Shown: positions 10,341 to 19,841 of the stretch, piece by piece
How positions within the stretch are numbered: the first letter of the stretch is position 1
How the letters are laid out: every line of letters starts with the position of its first letter
DNA from: Thermoproteota archaeon
GTDB lineage: Archaea; Korarchaeota; Korarchaeia; Korarchaeales; JAOZGB01
DNA length: 64,000 nucleotides
Assembly (NCBI GenBank): GCA_037917685.1
Contig: JAVCBU010000012.1
Location: 1-64,000 of the forward strand
Direction: 5' to 3'
Made by a program: the position numbers and the translations under genes
Notes under the pieces: model-generated
Databases searched by the model: none
Told to the model about the DNA's origin: nothing
What the model saw: only the letters and a program-made list of their open reading frames with translations

Positions 10341-10527
10341 CGCTTTATCCTTTACATATGCCGTAATGTTCAACTCCACCGGCTCGCTTTATCCTTTACA
10401 TCGACTAGCGGAAAACTTAGACTAGCAATGCTATGCTGAGACCCATCATTGACGTTAGAAAACCAAACGGTCCTCTAACCTCTTTAACGTCGAAAACATT
10501 GGACTGAAGGCTTAGACTAGCGGAAAC
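10341..10527. repeat. Cluster of short direct repeats
   Basis: CGCTTTATCCTTTACAT at 10341-10357 and 10385-10401; GACTAGCGGAAA at 10403 and 10515; CTTAGACTAGC at 10416 and 10511. Confidence 0.7.
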
Positions 10528-10643
10528 AAGTATAAATGGTGGAAGGAAGGCTTTCATGACATACCTTTAAACTCGGATTATATGTTTGAGAATTCTGTTA
10601 AAGCGGTCGCTAAATACTGGAATCAGACATTATTTATCGGTGT

Positions 10644-11366
10644 ATGAAGGTCGAAAGGTCAACCCTTCATGTACGGTTTGACGGGGATATAGACGTTGCG
10701 GAAGCTGAAATACTCAGGTTTCACCCTGAAGTCAAGGAACTGCTTAAGGAGATCAGGAATAGGGGCTGGAACTACCGTTTCACACATGTCAGGGGGGAAG
10801 CGGTGGTGAGGGTGGACCTGGAAAGGGAGAAGTTTAGGCTTACATACTACAGACCTAGAATAGAGGATAATGAGGTAGAGGGACACTACGAGTTAGAGAT
10901 AAAAATTGGGGAGAAACAGCCGGAAATAGTGGATGTATGTAGAATAGAAGGTTTCCAGCTTGAAATAGACACAGATCATGCCTGGAGCGCTGTAGCGATA
11001 GACCCATTGAGAGGTGCTGTCACAGGAGTGAATGACGTCCTATGGTGGGGGCTAACGCATCATAGAAAGCCCAGGCGGCTTAAAGAGGCTAGAGAGGTCT
11101 ATGAGGCTGTAACATGGGCTGTAAAGGAGAAGGGGTACATGTTGGAGGACGAGTATGTCTCAGAAAGATATAAGAAGCTTGTGGACTTGTTTGAGGGGAA
11201 ATATAGCTTCAGGTTAAACCTTGATATAACAGTGGTAGATGCAGACAAGGTTCCAGGTTGGGGCAGGCTTAAGAAGGAGCTTGCAAGATTCTTCTGGGAG
11301 AGAGGGCTGGCAATTGAAATTAAGGATAGGGGCTTCCTGTCAATATGGGAGAAACCCTTGCCCTAA
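10644..11366 (+). CDS. Hypothetical protein
   Basis: 240-aa ORF with host-like codon usage; no motif recognised. Confidence 0.7.
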   Translation: MKVERSTLHVRFDGDIDVAEAEILRFHPEVKELLKEIRNRGWNYRFTHVRGEAVVRVDLEREKFRLTYYRPRIEDNEVEGHYELEIKIGEKQPEIVDVCRIEGFQLEIDTDHAWSAVAIDPLRGAVTGVNDVLWWGLTHHRKPRRLKEAREVYEAVTWAVKEKGYMLEDEYVSERYKKLVDLFEGKYSFRLNLDITVVDADKVPGWGRLKKELARFFWERGLAIEIKDRGFLSIWEKPLP

Positions 11367-11411
11367 GGCGTGATAGGGTGATCTGAGGTTGGCTACTATT
11401 TTTATTCTTCA

Positions 11412-12158
11412 ATGTTCTTTCTATCTGGGTTGACCGAATTCTTTGTAGGGTGTAGCGGCTGGTATTATAGGCACTGGGAGGGTGTCCTCTATCCGCCTGG
11501 CATTGACAAGACAAGGTACTTCGAGTTTTACTGTAAGGCTTTCAGGACTGTCGAGATTAACTCTACCTTTTACAGGATGCCCTTCCGGGGCTATGTGAAG
11601 GGCTGGGCTAGAAAAGCTCCTGATGGGTTTGTATACGCTGTTAAGATGAACAGGCGTATCACCCATGAGAACAGGCTTAGGGATGTTGATTCCATACTGA
11701 ATGATTTCCTGAGCAGAATTAAACCCTTGAAGGATGCGGGTAAACTAGGCCCTATACTTGTGCAACTCCCCCCAGGACTTCACAGGGATGATAGGCTTCT
11801 GGAGGAGTTCCTCTCAATCCTACCGGTGGAGTATGAGTACGCTGTAGAGTTTAGGCATAGGTCTTGGTTCAACCGTGAAGTTTTAAGGCTGCTTGAGAGG
11901 TATAACGTTGCCTTTTGCATTGTAAGTGCTCCGAGGCTGCCATCGATGGTGGAATCAACATACGACTTCGCATATGTTAGATTTCATGGAGTTACAAGGT
12001 GGTATAACTATAATTATAGCCACGAGGAACTTTCGCGGTGGGCTAGGGTGATCAGCAACCTTACCGTCCAGCGGGCCTATGTCTATTTTAACAATGACCC
12101 CTATGGATACGCTGTTAGAAATGCCAGAACTTTAATGAATTTATTAATAAGAGAGTAA
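11412..12158 (+). CDS. DUF72 (YecE-like) protein
   Basis: VGCSGWYY..W.G..YP, VEINSTFYR.P, LVQLPP, EFRH.SW, YVRFHG, YFNND. True start may be TTG ~11430. Confidence 0.92.
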   Translation: MFFLSGLTEFFVGCSGWYYRHWEGVLYPPGIDKTRYFEFYCKAFRTVEINSTFYRMPFRGYVKGWARKAPDGFVYAVKMNRRITHENRLRDVDSILNDFLSRIKPLKDAGKLGPILVQLPPGLHRDDRLLEEFLSILPVEYEYAVEFRHRSWFNREVLRLLERYNVAFCIVSAPRLPSMVESTYDFAYVRFHGVTRWYNYNYSHEELSRWARVISNLTVQRAYVYFNNDPYGYAVRNARTLMNLLIRE

Positions 12159-12280
12159 GCCTAATAGAGCTTTACGTTAATATGTCTATGGCTACCTGTG
12201 TTATCTGTAGATCTATAGTAAAGGTGAGATGTGAGCATAATAGGTTAAGTTTTTAGGTTATGTGTTACTTCAGCTTTGTA

Positions 12281-13309
12281 ATGCTGGATGAGACTGTTAG
12301 GTGGGAGGACGGAGTTGTAGTTCTCATAGATCAAACTAAGCTTCCGACAAGACTTGAGTATGTGAGGTGTCGTACTGTTTCGAGGGTTGCAAGGGCCATT
12401 AGGACAATGGAGGTTAGGGGGGCTCCTGCGATAGGCGTAACAGCGGCTCTGGGAATCGCCCTTGCAGCATATAGGAGTAGAGCTGGGACGAGGGAGGAAA
12501 TTATTAGGGAGATTAGGAAAGCTGCGGATCTACTTAAGTCCACGAGGCCAACGGCTGTAAATCTTTTCTGGGCTGTAGATAGGGTGGTGGGTAGGGCTTT
12601 AAACGGTAGAACGGTGGAGGAGGTTAGGAAGCTAGCTGTGGATGAGGCTTTGAAAATTCACAGGGAGGATGTTGAGACAAATAGGCGGATCGGGGAGGTA
12701 GGAGCTAAACTGATAAGAGAGGGAGATAGCATTTTGACACATTGTAACGCTGGAAGCCTTGCGACAGTCAAGTATGGGACCGTGCTTGCCCCAATGTACA
12801 TAGCGTGGGAGAGGGGTGTGAAATTCCACGTCTACGCGGACGAGACAAGGCCTCTGCTTCAGGGTGCCAGGCTGACAGCCTGGGAGCTCTCTAGGGCTGG
12901 GATTCCAGTCACAGTTATAACTGATAATACCGCAGGCTTCCTTATGCAGCTTGGGAAGGTTGACAAGATATTTGTAGGTGCGGACAGGATTCTCAGAGAT
13001 GGGACAGTATATAATAAGATTGGAACGTACAGCCTAGCAGTCCTAGCAAAGCATCACGGTATTCCTTTCTATGTTTTCGCTCCGACCTCGACGATAGATC
13101 CAAGGTCTAAGCCTGAAGATGTGAAGATAGAGGAGAGGAATCCAAGGGAAATATACATGATAGGTAGAAAGAGGATAGCTCCGAGAGAGGCGAATTTCAT
13201 AAACTACGCGTTTGACAGAACCCCGCCGGACCTGCTAACAGGAATCGTCACCGAGAAGGGCATACTTAAACCTCCGTTTGAGAAGTCGATAAGCGAGGCG
13301 GTAGATTAG
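12281..13309 (+). CDS. mtnA: Methylthioribose-1-phosphate isomerase
   Basis: VRGAPAIG, TRPTAVNL.WA, LTHCNAG.LAT, ETRP..QGARLTAWE, NKIGTY. Confidence 0.93.
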   Translation: MLDETVRWEDGVVVLIDQTKLPTRLEYVRCRTVSRVARAIRTMEVRGAPAIGVTAALGIALAAYRSRAGTREEIIREIRKAADLLKSTRPTAVNLFWAVDRVVGRALNGRTVEEVRKLAVDEALKIHREDVETNRRIGEVGAKLIREGDSILTHCNAGSLATVKYGTVLAPMYIAWERGVKFHVYADETRPLLQGARLTAWELSRAGIPVTVITDNTAGFLMQLGKVDKIFVGADRILRDGTVYNKIGTYSLAVLAKHHGIPFYVFAPTSTIDPRSKPEDVKIEERNPREIYMIGRKRIAPREANFINYAFDRTPPDLLTGIVTEKGILKPPFEKSISEAVD

Positions 13310-13393
13310 ATTTCATCCTCAAGCCATTTTACGCTACAGACACATATTTCCTAGGTAAAGTTTAGTAATTTACGTTGGGTAATAGTTGATGGT

Positions 13394-14518
13394 ATGAGTG
13401 TTTCCGGGTCAGCGGTACTCCCATTGCACTGGGGTAAGGCGCCGCACTGGCTCATAGATAGGATGATTAGGCTCTGCAGGCCTATTGTAAGCCTTGTTAT
13501 AGCGGAGTATGGTAGGAGGGGCCTGCTAGCAAGGCTTTCCAACCCTTACTGGTTTCAGGCTTTGGGCTGTGTTTTAGGCTATGACTGGCATAGCTCGGGG
13601 GTAACGACGACCGTCACAGGTGTTTTGCGGACTGTTTTAGACCCTGTAGAGTTTGGTGTGGCGGTCTGCGGTGGGAAAGGTAGGAGGAGCAGGTTAACGC
13701 CTGTAGAGGTGGAGCATGTAGGCATAGTCTTTGGACTTTCAGAGTCTAAGATTGAGGGTTTGAAGCTTGCAAGCAAGATGGTTGCAAAGGTCGACTCGGT
13801 AGCCTTACAGGATGGTTATAGGATTTACCACCATGTTATGGTTGTAAGCGAGGATGGCGACTGGGCTGTTATACAGCAAGGTATGAATACAAGGCTTAGG
13901 CTTGCGAGAAGGTATCACTGGCTAAGCTTAAGGTATGGTAGCTGGGTTGAAAATCCAGATAGGGACGTGGCTGCTGCTGTCAAGCATAGAAGAGTCTTAA
14001 ACATGGCTGATGAAGGCGCTGACGAGTGTAGGAGGGTTAGTACTGATATTGCCAGGATGAATCCAAGGAAGGTTCAAAGGCTTTTCAGGAAAGTTAAAAT
14101 GCTCGCTGTTAAGGGACCCTTCAAATATGTAGGTGAGGAGGAGGTTCCATCCCTAAACATGCCTAAAAGGCTTAACTGGAGGGCTGTAGAGCAAGCCTAT
14201 CAGCTTCAACCTAGGAATTTCGAGGAGCTTATTAAGATTGAAGGTTTAGGGCCCTCAACAGTTAGGGGTTTAGCGTTAATCTCCGATCTCATCTTTGGTG
14301 AGCCTCCAAGCTGGCGTGACCCGGCGAAGTACGCGCTCGCCTTCGGAGGGAAGGATGGGGTACCCTTCCCAGTCGATATCAAATCAATGGAGAGAGCCAT
14401 CTCATTTATGGAGGATGCAGTTAGACAGGTTAAGATTGGCGGTGAAGAGAAGGTAAAAGCTATAAATAGGCTTAGATACCTTAGGGAAAAGCTTTACTCC
14501 AATGTTCGACGTCTGTGA
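13394..14518 (+). CDS. DUF763 family protein
   Basis: LPLH.G.AP.WL, WFQALG...G.DWHSSG.TT, GGKG, QQGMN, GGKDG.PFPV. Confidence 0.9.
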   Translation: MSVSGSAVLPLHWGKAPHWLIDRMIRLCRPIVSLVIAEYGRRGLLARLSNPYWFQALGCVLGYDWHSSGVTTTVTGVLRTVLDPVEFGVAVCGGKGRRSRLTPVEVEHVGIVFGLSESKIEGLKLASKMVAKVDSVALQDGYRIYHHVMVVSEDGDWAVIQQGMNTRLRLARRYHWLSLRYGSWVENPDRDVAAAVKHRRVLNMADEGADECRRVSTDIARMNPRKVQRLFRKVKMLAVKGPFKYVGEEEVPSLNMPKRLNWRAVEQAYQLQPRNFEELIKIEGLGPSTVRGLALISDLIFGEPPSWRDPAKYALAFGGKDGVPFPVDIKSMERAISFMEDAVRQVKIGGEEKVKAINRLRYLREKLYSNVRRL

Positions 14519-14733
14519 GTATAGAGTATTTCGTATAGATCCATGATGTAAACTGCGAGGGAGCATGCGACGATTAAGATTAAAATTCCACCGGCTGTAA
14601 GCCTCAACATTAGACTGGCATTCTTGAGAAACGGGATATAGTAAGATAGAAGAACCAGGGATAAAACTATTCCAAGGATGTTTAGGAAAAGCCTAAGCTT
14701 CCTCCCCCCACCATCTACAGTTATATCTGGCAT
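14494..14733 (-). CDS. Small two-TM membrane protein
   Basis: Two hydrophobic helices; overlaps the end of the radical SAM gene, so operon-like. Confidence 0.55.
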   Translation of the reverse strand: MPDITVDGGGRKLRLFLNILGIVLSLVLLSYYIPFLKNASLMLRLTAGGILILIVACSLAVYIMDLYEILYTHRRRTLE

Positions 14734-15995
14734 TTTGAGATCCCCACGCTATATAAGCATTCACTACAGCTTGGAGAGTTGCCGTAGCAGTCTAAACTGT
14801 TGTCCTTAACAAACCAGCAGTCAAGACTCGAGTATGGACAGTCCCCGCACCATGGAGTTGTAGTGCTGATTCTCCTCCGCCTGTCCCTGAATTCCACGTA
14901 CTCCTTGCTGTTCCATATGTCTGCAAGGATTTTCTCCCCCACGTTGCCGAAGCTTACAGCACTCACCATCTTTTGGTGGTTGTTGACGAACAGGGGGTGG
15001 GGGTATAGGAATTCTAAGCAGGGGGCGACGGCGCCGTCGGCTCTAATGATGGTTGCCTTCTTCTCTATGTAGGGGCACTCTCTATCCTTCGAATCGGGGA
15101 TGAGCCTCGGCTCTTCAAACCTTAACCCATATTGGGAGGCTATCTTTGAAGCCTTCTCCACATACCTAAGTGTGTCTCCAGCTAGTTTTATTCTCTCTTT
15201 GCTCTCGATTAGGAGTGGTAGGTTAACCCAGTAGCCCCGTCTTACAGCTTCCTCCCAGAATTTATTTCTCACATTTTCTATTTCCGAATCGAGACTTCGA
15301 CCATATACTTCTGACAGGAGCTTATAACTGGGGATTCTTATCAGGTCCCAGCCGTAGTCCGGGGCGGACCTAGCTATATTGAAAGGCTTGCTGCTTAATG
15401 TAAGGTAGACAGCCATATCGTAGAAGTCCCTTGTATAGGGTATAACATTTGAGATAACAACGTAGTCTAGCCCGAGCCGGCCGGCTATTTCAACTATCCC
15501 CGGAATATCTCTGTAGTTGTCTTTAAACGCTACAAACTCGACTCCTATCTCCGCTGAATACTGACGTTTTATCGCGGCGGTTTCCTTTAGATTTCTAATG
15601 ATTACTGATGGTTTAGCCCCGCGTCTTATTCTCGCCAGTTGCGACAGGTCTGAGCTATCTATGGAAAATGATACAGACGTTAAGCCGGCTTCGAAAAGTT
15701 TCACGGCTGTTTCAGAGTCTAGTAGTGATCCATTGGTGCTTAGAAATATCTCAGCCTCCCTGTTACACTCTCTAGCCAGTTTAACCATGCTAAGAAGGTT
15801 AGGGTTGACGAGAGGCTCTCCCATCCCATAAAGGTCTACCTTTTTGGAATGTTGAAAGGACTCCATGGCAACCTTTTTATAAAGTTTAAACTCCATGTCT
15901 CTTGGTTCCACGGACCAAGCGCTTCTGATACACATTATACAGTTGAAGTTACATTTGTTGGTTACTTCGATCTGGATAATTTCTGGATATTCCAT
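14721..15995 (-). CDS. Radical SAM/SPASM protein, putative tungsten-cofactor oxidoreductase maturase
   Basis: CNFNCIMC motif; C-terminal Cys-rich SPASM region; lies directly downstream of AOR and MoaD. Confidence 0.85.
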   Translation of the reverse strand: MEYPEIIQIEVTNKCNFNCIMCIRSAWSVEPRDMEFKLYKKVAMESFQHSKKVDLYGMGEPLVNPNLLSMVKLARECNREAEIFLSTNGSLLDSETAVKLFEAGLTSVSFSIDSSDLSQLARIRRGAKPSVIIRNLKETAAIKRQYSAEIGVEFVAFKDNYRDIPGIVEIAGRLGLDYVVISNVIPYTRDFYDMAVYLTLSSKPFNIARSAPDYGWDLIRIPSYKLLSEVYGRSLDSEIENVRNKFWEEAVRRGYWVNLPLLIESKERIKLAGDTLRYVEKASKIASQYGLRFEEPRLIPDSKDRECPYIEKKATIIRADGAVAPCLEFLYPHPLFVNNHQKMVSAVSFGNVGEKILADIWNSKEYVEFRDRRRRISTTTPWCGDCPYSSLDCWFVKDNSLDCYGNSPSCSECLYSVGISKCQI

Positions 15996-15997
15996 GC

Positions 15998-16270
15998 CTA
16001 CCCTCCTGCCATTGGTGGAAATACTGCTACCACACTTTCGGGTTTGACTGTAATCTTACCCCTAATATCTTTAATGTTTCTCCCGTCAACCAGTATTATT
16101 CTATCATCTCTAGGCTTCCCGCCTTCAAAAACCTCAGATAAGAACTCAGATCCCAGCTTTCTGGACGCTTCAAGAAAGAACTCTTTAAGCCCTCCCCCAT
16201 TCCAGTTTATTTCGACTTCCTTGACCCCATACTTTTCTCTAAGGCTAGCAAAAAGCAGGAGCTTACCCAT
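15998..16270 (-). CDS. MoaD/SAMP ubiquitin-like sulfur carrier
   Basis: FASLRE, ILVDGRNI, C-terminal FPPMAGG. Confidence 0.92.
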   Translation of the reverse strand: MGKLLLFASLREKYGVKEVEINWNGGGLKEFFLEASRKLGSEFLSEVFEGGKPRDDRIILVDGRNIKDIRGKITVKPESVVAVFPPMAGG

Positions 16271-16340
16271 CTATTTTAAAGGGGTCTTTTATTAAATTAA
16301 AGATTAAGAATGTTGATCCCTCCAAAAATATAAGGGGAAA

Positions 16341-18194
16341 TTATAGTTCTATTTCTAGCTCTTTCAGCTTTTCAGGCGTTGGAACCCCGTCGACCCATCC
16401 TCTAAGCTCGTAGTACTCTTTCTTCATCTTCTCTAGCTCCACTACTTGGCCTTTAGCGGGGCCTTCAGGCATGGGCTCCTTTGTCAGCCTGTCAGGTAGC
16501 GTGTCATCCTTCCCGGTGAATCCGTACTTGTTTATTATTACCCTTTCGAGGTTGTAGATTCTCTCTCCTATCTTCATTATTTCGTCCTCGGTTAGATCCC
16601 ACCCTGTGACTGCTGAGAGTATCTCTGCGTAGTCCTTTGCCCCCAATGCGAATGTTGTGAATAGACAATTCACGGTTGAGTTTACTACGCAGGTGAAGTC
16701 TTGGAATATTTTAACCCATTTCGCCTTGCCTTCAGGGGTTAGCGGGTCTATCTTCTCGGGTATACCAAGGATTTCCGGGGAGATTGTGTATCCTGTAACG
16801 TGGCATCCACCTCTATTGGCAGTAGCATAGTTTAGCCCTATGCCCTTTGCGCCTCTTGGATCGTAGGCTGGCATTTCGAGGCCTTTAACGCTCATAGATA
16901 ACTCAGGGTGCCCGTATATCTCGCAGAGCTTCTTGGAGCCTAATGCAAGGTACTTTCCGAATCCTGTCTTATATGCGGTCCTCCAGATAGCTTCAACTAG
17001 GGCTGCTGGGTTGCCAAACTTGAGATCTAGGCCTTGGAGGTCCTCCTCTGGTATGTATCCTTTCTCGTTAAGCTCCATGGCTGATGCTATTGTTGATCCG
17101 AGGCTTATCGGGTCCATTCCAAGCTCATCGCATAGATGGTTCGCCTTGATCACTGCGTCGAGCGCGGTGACCCCTGTATCGTTTCCAAGCGCCCAGACAG
17201 ACTCGTATTCGGGTCCCTCGGAGTAGAGTATCTGGTAGGGGCCTGACTCCACCTTTGTAACTCTGCCGCAGGCTATTGTGCATCCCCAGCATGGCCTCCT
17301 CTTGATGAGATATTCTTTCTCCAGCGTTTCCCCGCTTATCTTGTCTGCCTCCGGGTTTACTCCTGTCTGCCAGTTCTTAAATGGTAGCAGTCCGTTCTGG
17401 TTTATTATGTTCACGAGTATCGCAGTCCCGTACTTCGGTAGCCCCTCGCCTGTGACCGCGTTCTCCCTCATAACGTCTAGAAGCTTCTTTGAAATCTCCT
17501 TGTACTCTTCAGGCTCGGCTACCGGGACCTCTTTTTCACCTGACACAACAATAGCCTTAAGTTTTTTAGACCCGAGGACGGCTCCTAGGCCTGTTCTACC
17601 TGCTGCCCTATGGTCGTCGTTCATTATGCACGCCATCATGACGAGGTTCTCGCCTGCCGGTCCAATGCAGGCTACGCTTGTATTCTTCCCTCCAATTTTC
17701 TCCTTTAGGATTCTGCATGTATCGAACACGTTCTTGCCCCAGAGGTCTGATGCGTCATGGAGTTCGGCCTTCCCGTTTACTATTGAGAGGTACACAGGCT
17801 TTTCAGAGGCGCCTCTTATGACTATTAGGTCGTAGCCCGCAAACTTCATGAATGGTCCAAATTCACCCCCAGAATTCGCGCTTCCAATCGAGCCTGTAAG
17901 CGGAGACCTTAAAGCCATTACATGATATCTCCCTGGTGAGGGGAACCCTGGAATACCTGTCCCCGGTCCTGTTGCAAATATAACAATGTTTTCTGGGCCT
18001 AACGGGTCTATGTCCCTCGGGGATTTACCCTCAGCCTCGTATTCTTTAAGGTATTTATATAACAGGTAGACCGAGTATCCCTTTCCGCCAAGGTATTTCC
18101 TGGCGATCTCCATGTCTAGGGGTTCCTCCGTTATGGTTCCTGAGGAGAGATCTACATGTAGAATCTTACCCATGTATCCACCAGGCATGGCCAT
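16341..18194 (-). CDS. aor: Tungsten-containing aldehyde:ferredoxin oxidoreductase
   Basis: GYMGKIL.VDLS, SPLTG, IGPAGE, AAGRTG.GAV.GSKKLKAI, CWGCTIAC, GPEYE, RGGCH. Confidence 0.96.
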   Translation of the reverse strand: MAMPGGYMGKILHVDLSSGTITEEPLDMEIARKYLGGKGYSVYLLYKYLKEYEAEGKSPRDIDPLGPENIVIFATGPGTGIPGFPSPGRYHVMALRSPLTGSIGSANSGGEFGPFMKFAGYDLIVIRGASEKPVYLSIVNGKAELHDASDLWGKNVFDTCRILKEKIGGKNTSVACIGPAGENLVMMACIMNDDHRAAGRTGLGAVLGSKKLKAIVVSGEKEVPVAEPEEYKEISKKLLDVMRENAVTGEGLPKYGTAILVNIINQNGLLPFKNWQTGVNPEADKISGETLEKEYLIKRRPCWGCTIACGRVTKVESGPYQILYSEGPEYESVWALGNDTGVTALDAVIKANHLCDELGMDPISLGSTIASAMELNEKGYIPEEDLQGLDLKFGNPAALVEAIWRTAYKTGFGKYLALGSKKLCEIYGHPELSMSVKGLEMPAYDPRGAKGIGLNYATANRGGCHVTGYTISPEILGIPEKIDPLTPEGKAKWVKIFQDFTCVVNSTVNCLFTTFALGAKDYAEILSAVTGWDLTEDEIMKIGERIYNLERVIINKYGFTGKDDTLPDRLTKEPMPEGPAKGQVVELEKMKKEYYELRGWVDGVPTPEKLKELEIEL

Positions 18195-18230
18195 CGTTTA
18201 ACTCTTACCGAAAAATATTGATAAAAGTGT

Positions 18231-18254
18231 CGAACTATACAGTTGTATAGTTCG
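18231..18254. promoter_or_regulatory. Palindrome CGAACTATAC-N4-GTATAGTTCG upstream of aor
   Basis: 10-bp perfect inverted repeat 37-60 nt upstream of the aor start, in a divergent intergenic region. Confidence 0.7.
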
Positions 18255-18343
18255 GTAAGCCCCGTCTTAAGCAGAGAGGTTTGAAACCATTAATAGGTCA
18301 CACTTATAATAAAGTAGTAGTTTTCCACTACGGTGAAACCTAA

Positions 18344-18808
18344 GTGAGTATTAAGAAGGGTTCCAAGCTCCTAGTGCGTCAGATATCAGCTATAATAATA
18401 GTGTTTATAATACTGTGGCTTGTGGGAAGGGTTTTTTCAACCGAGTTAAACAGGATTACCATAGTAGACACCGTGGTGATGGGGAAGCACATATCCCTTA
18501 ATGTAACCCAGCTCTCCAGCCTGATCCTAGTGCTAATTATGGCTGTCCTTATTAAGGGAATGGGCGAACCATTGAGTCTCATATACCAGGAAGCGTTGAA
18601 AAACAAAGCATCAATCGCTTCAGGCGTCACGGATAACATTCTTAACCTTGCGGTTATCGCAATACTTTACATGTTCCTTAGAAGCCTCGTCACCTCTCTA
18701 ATGGTTGTAATGCTTGAGGAAAGAATAGCTAACATAATCTACGACTTAATATTCATAATCGCAGGGCTTGCAACTGTATACGGGGTGATAAAGAAACTAA
18801 CAGAGTAA
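18344..18808 (+). CDS. Hypothetical membrane protein (4 TM)
   Basis: Hydrophobic helices; GGTGA RBS before the GTG start. Confidence 0.75.
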   Translation: MSIKKGSKLLVRQISAIIIVFIILWLVGRVFSTELNRITIVDTVVMGKHISLNVTQLSSLILVLIMAVLIKGMGEPLSLIYQEALKNKASIASGVTDNILNLAVIAILYMFLRSLVTSLMVVMLEERIANIIYDLIFIIAGLATVYGVIKKLTE

Positions 18809-18841
18809 ACATAGGGGCAATTGATTTCACCCTATCATTCT

Positions 18842-19123
18842 TTATGTCATTTCCTCCAATATTTCCTTCTTTGCCAATTCATATTCTTCCTTTGTTATAA
18901 GTCCTTCATCCAGCATCTGCTTGAGCTCCCTTAGTTTCTCAATAGGCGACTTCCCCTCCCTAGGCTTAGCCTGGGCCTGCTGCTGAGCGAATAACTGTGG
19001 AATTGCGACGAGCGCCGCACCTACTCCTGCTCTCACACCATATTTCGCAGTACTCTCAAGGTTTAGAAGACTAAAAGCCACCAAAATTATATCATCATCG
19101 GTTATGGCTGGGCTAGCCCTCAC
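18842..19123 (-). pseudogene. SHOCT-domain C-terminal remnant (probably of an SPFH-like protein)
   Basis: EKLRELKQMLDEGLITKEEYELAKKEIL (SHOCT) preceded by GAGVGA and a Q-rich linker; N-terminus does not look native. Confidence 0.55.
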
Positions 19124-19292
19124 AACCGTATCCTTGATCTTAAGGGAACCACTCCTCGCCAGGATCTCAAGTAGCTACCTTGTAGTATCGTCGACCCTGC
19201 TTGGCGGTGTGTTGACATCTCTAGTACTCTCAATCCTCCTAGGCAAAGGGAAAAGAATACACTGATGTAGTCAAGATCCCTACTACCCTTTT

Positions 19293-19778
19293 TTACGCGT
19301 GGACGGGGATATCGATAGTTTCCTTCAAGGTTGATAGTACTACGCAGGTAAGGGTTTTCTCCACCCCTTTTATAGTTCTTAAACGGTCTATCACAAACCT
19401 GCCTAGTTCCTCGACATTTTTCACCCGTACCTTCAGTAGTATATCCCAATCCCCGGTTATTATATGGGTTTCCTGAACCTCTGGAAGCATAGCTATCTTC
19501 TTAGCAACATCCCTTTGAGATGATGCCCCCCTATCCTCCTGCCTATAGGTAAATGATACTAAGATGAAAGCAAGGGTTCCAAGTCCAACCTTCCCAGCGT
19601 CGAGAACAGCCTTGTAGCCTTTTATAATCCCGTATTCTTCCATTCTTTTTATCCTAGAGTAAACAGTTGTTATAGGAGATTCTAGTTCCTCTGCAATTTT
19701 TCTAGCTGAGATCTTACAGTCTTTTTGAAGCAGTCTGAGGATCTCCGCGTCCTTCTCATCAATCATCCAACATCCCAA
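19293..19778 (-). CDS. Lrp/AsnC family transcriptional regulator
   Basis: IDEKD..IL..LQ.D, HTH, GIIKGY, ITGDWD RAM domain. Start may be MIDEKD. Confidence 0.95.
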   Translation of the reverse strand: MGCWMIDEKDAEILRLLQKDCKISARKIAEELESPITTVYSRIKRMEEYGIIKGYKAVLDAGKVGLGTLAFILVSFTYRQEDRGASSQRDVAKKIAMLPEVQETHIITGDWDILLKVRVKNVEELGRFVIDRLRTIKGVEKTLTCVVLSTLKETIDIPVHA

Positions 19779-19836
19779 ATGTAATTTTTACATTATTTTT
19801 TAAAATATTTATGTATGAAGTCATGAAATTTACATT
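19778..19836. promoter_or_regulatory. Lrp-type operator(s) between lrp and asnA
   Basis: AATGTAA-TTT-TTACATT inverted repeat at 19778-19794 and a related ATGAAATTTACATT at 19823-19836. Confidence 0.55.
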
Positions 19837-19841
19837 CTTCA

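Noticed and set aside
10341-10527. Functional CRISPR array
   Set aside because: Only partial, irregularly spaced repeats; no leader or cas genes.
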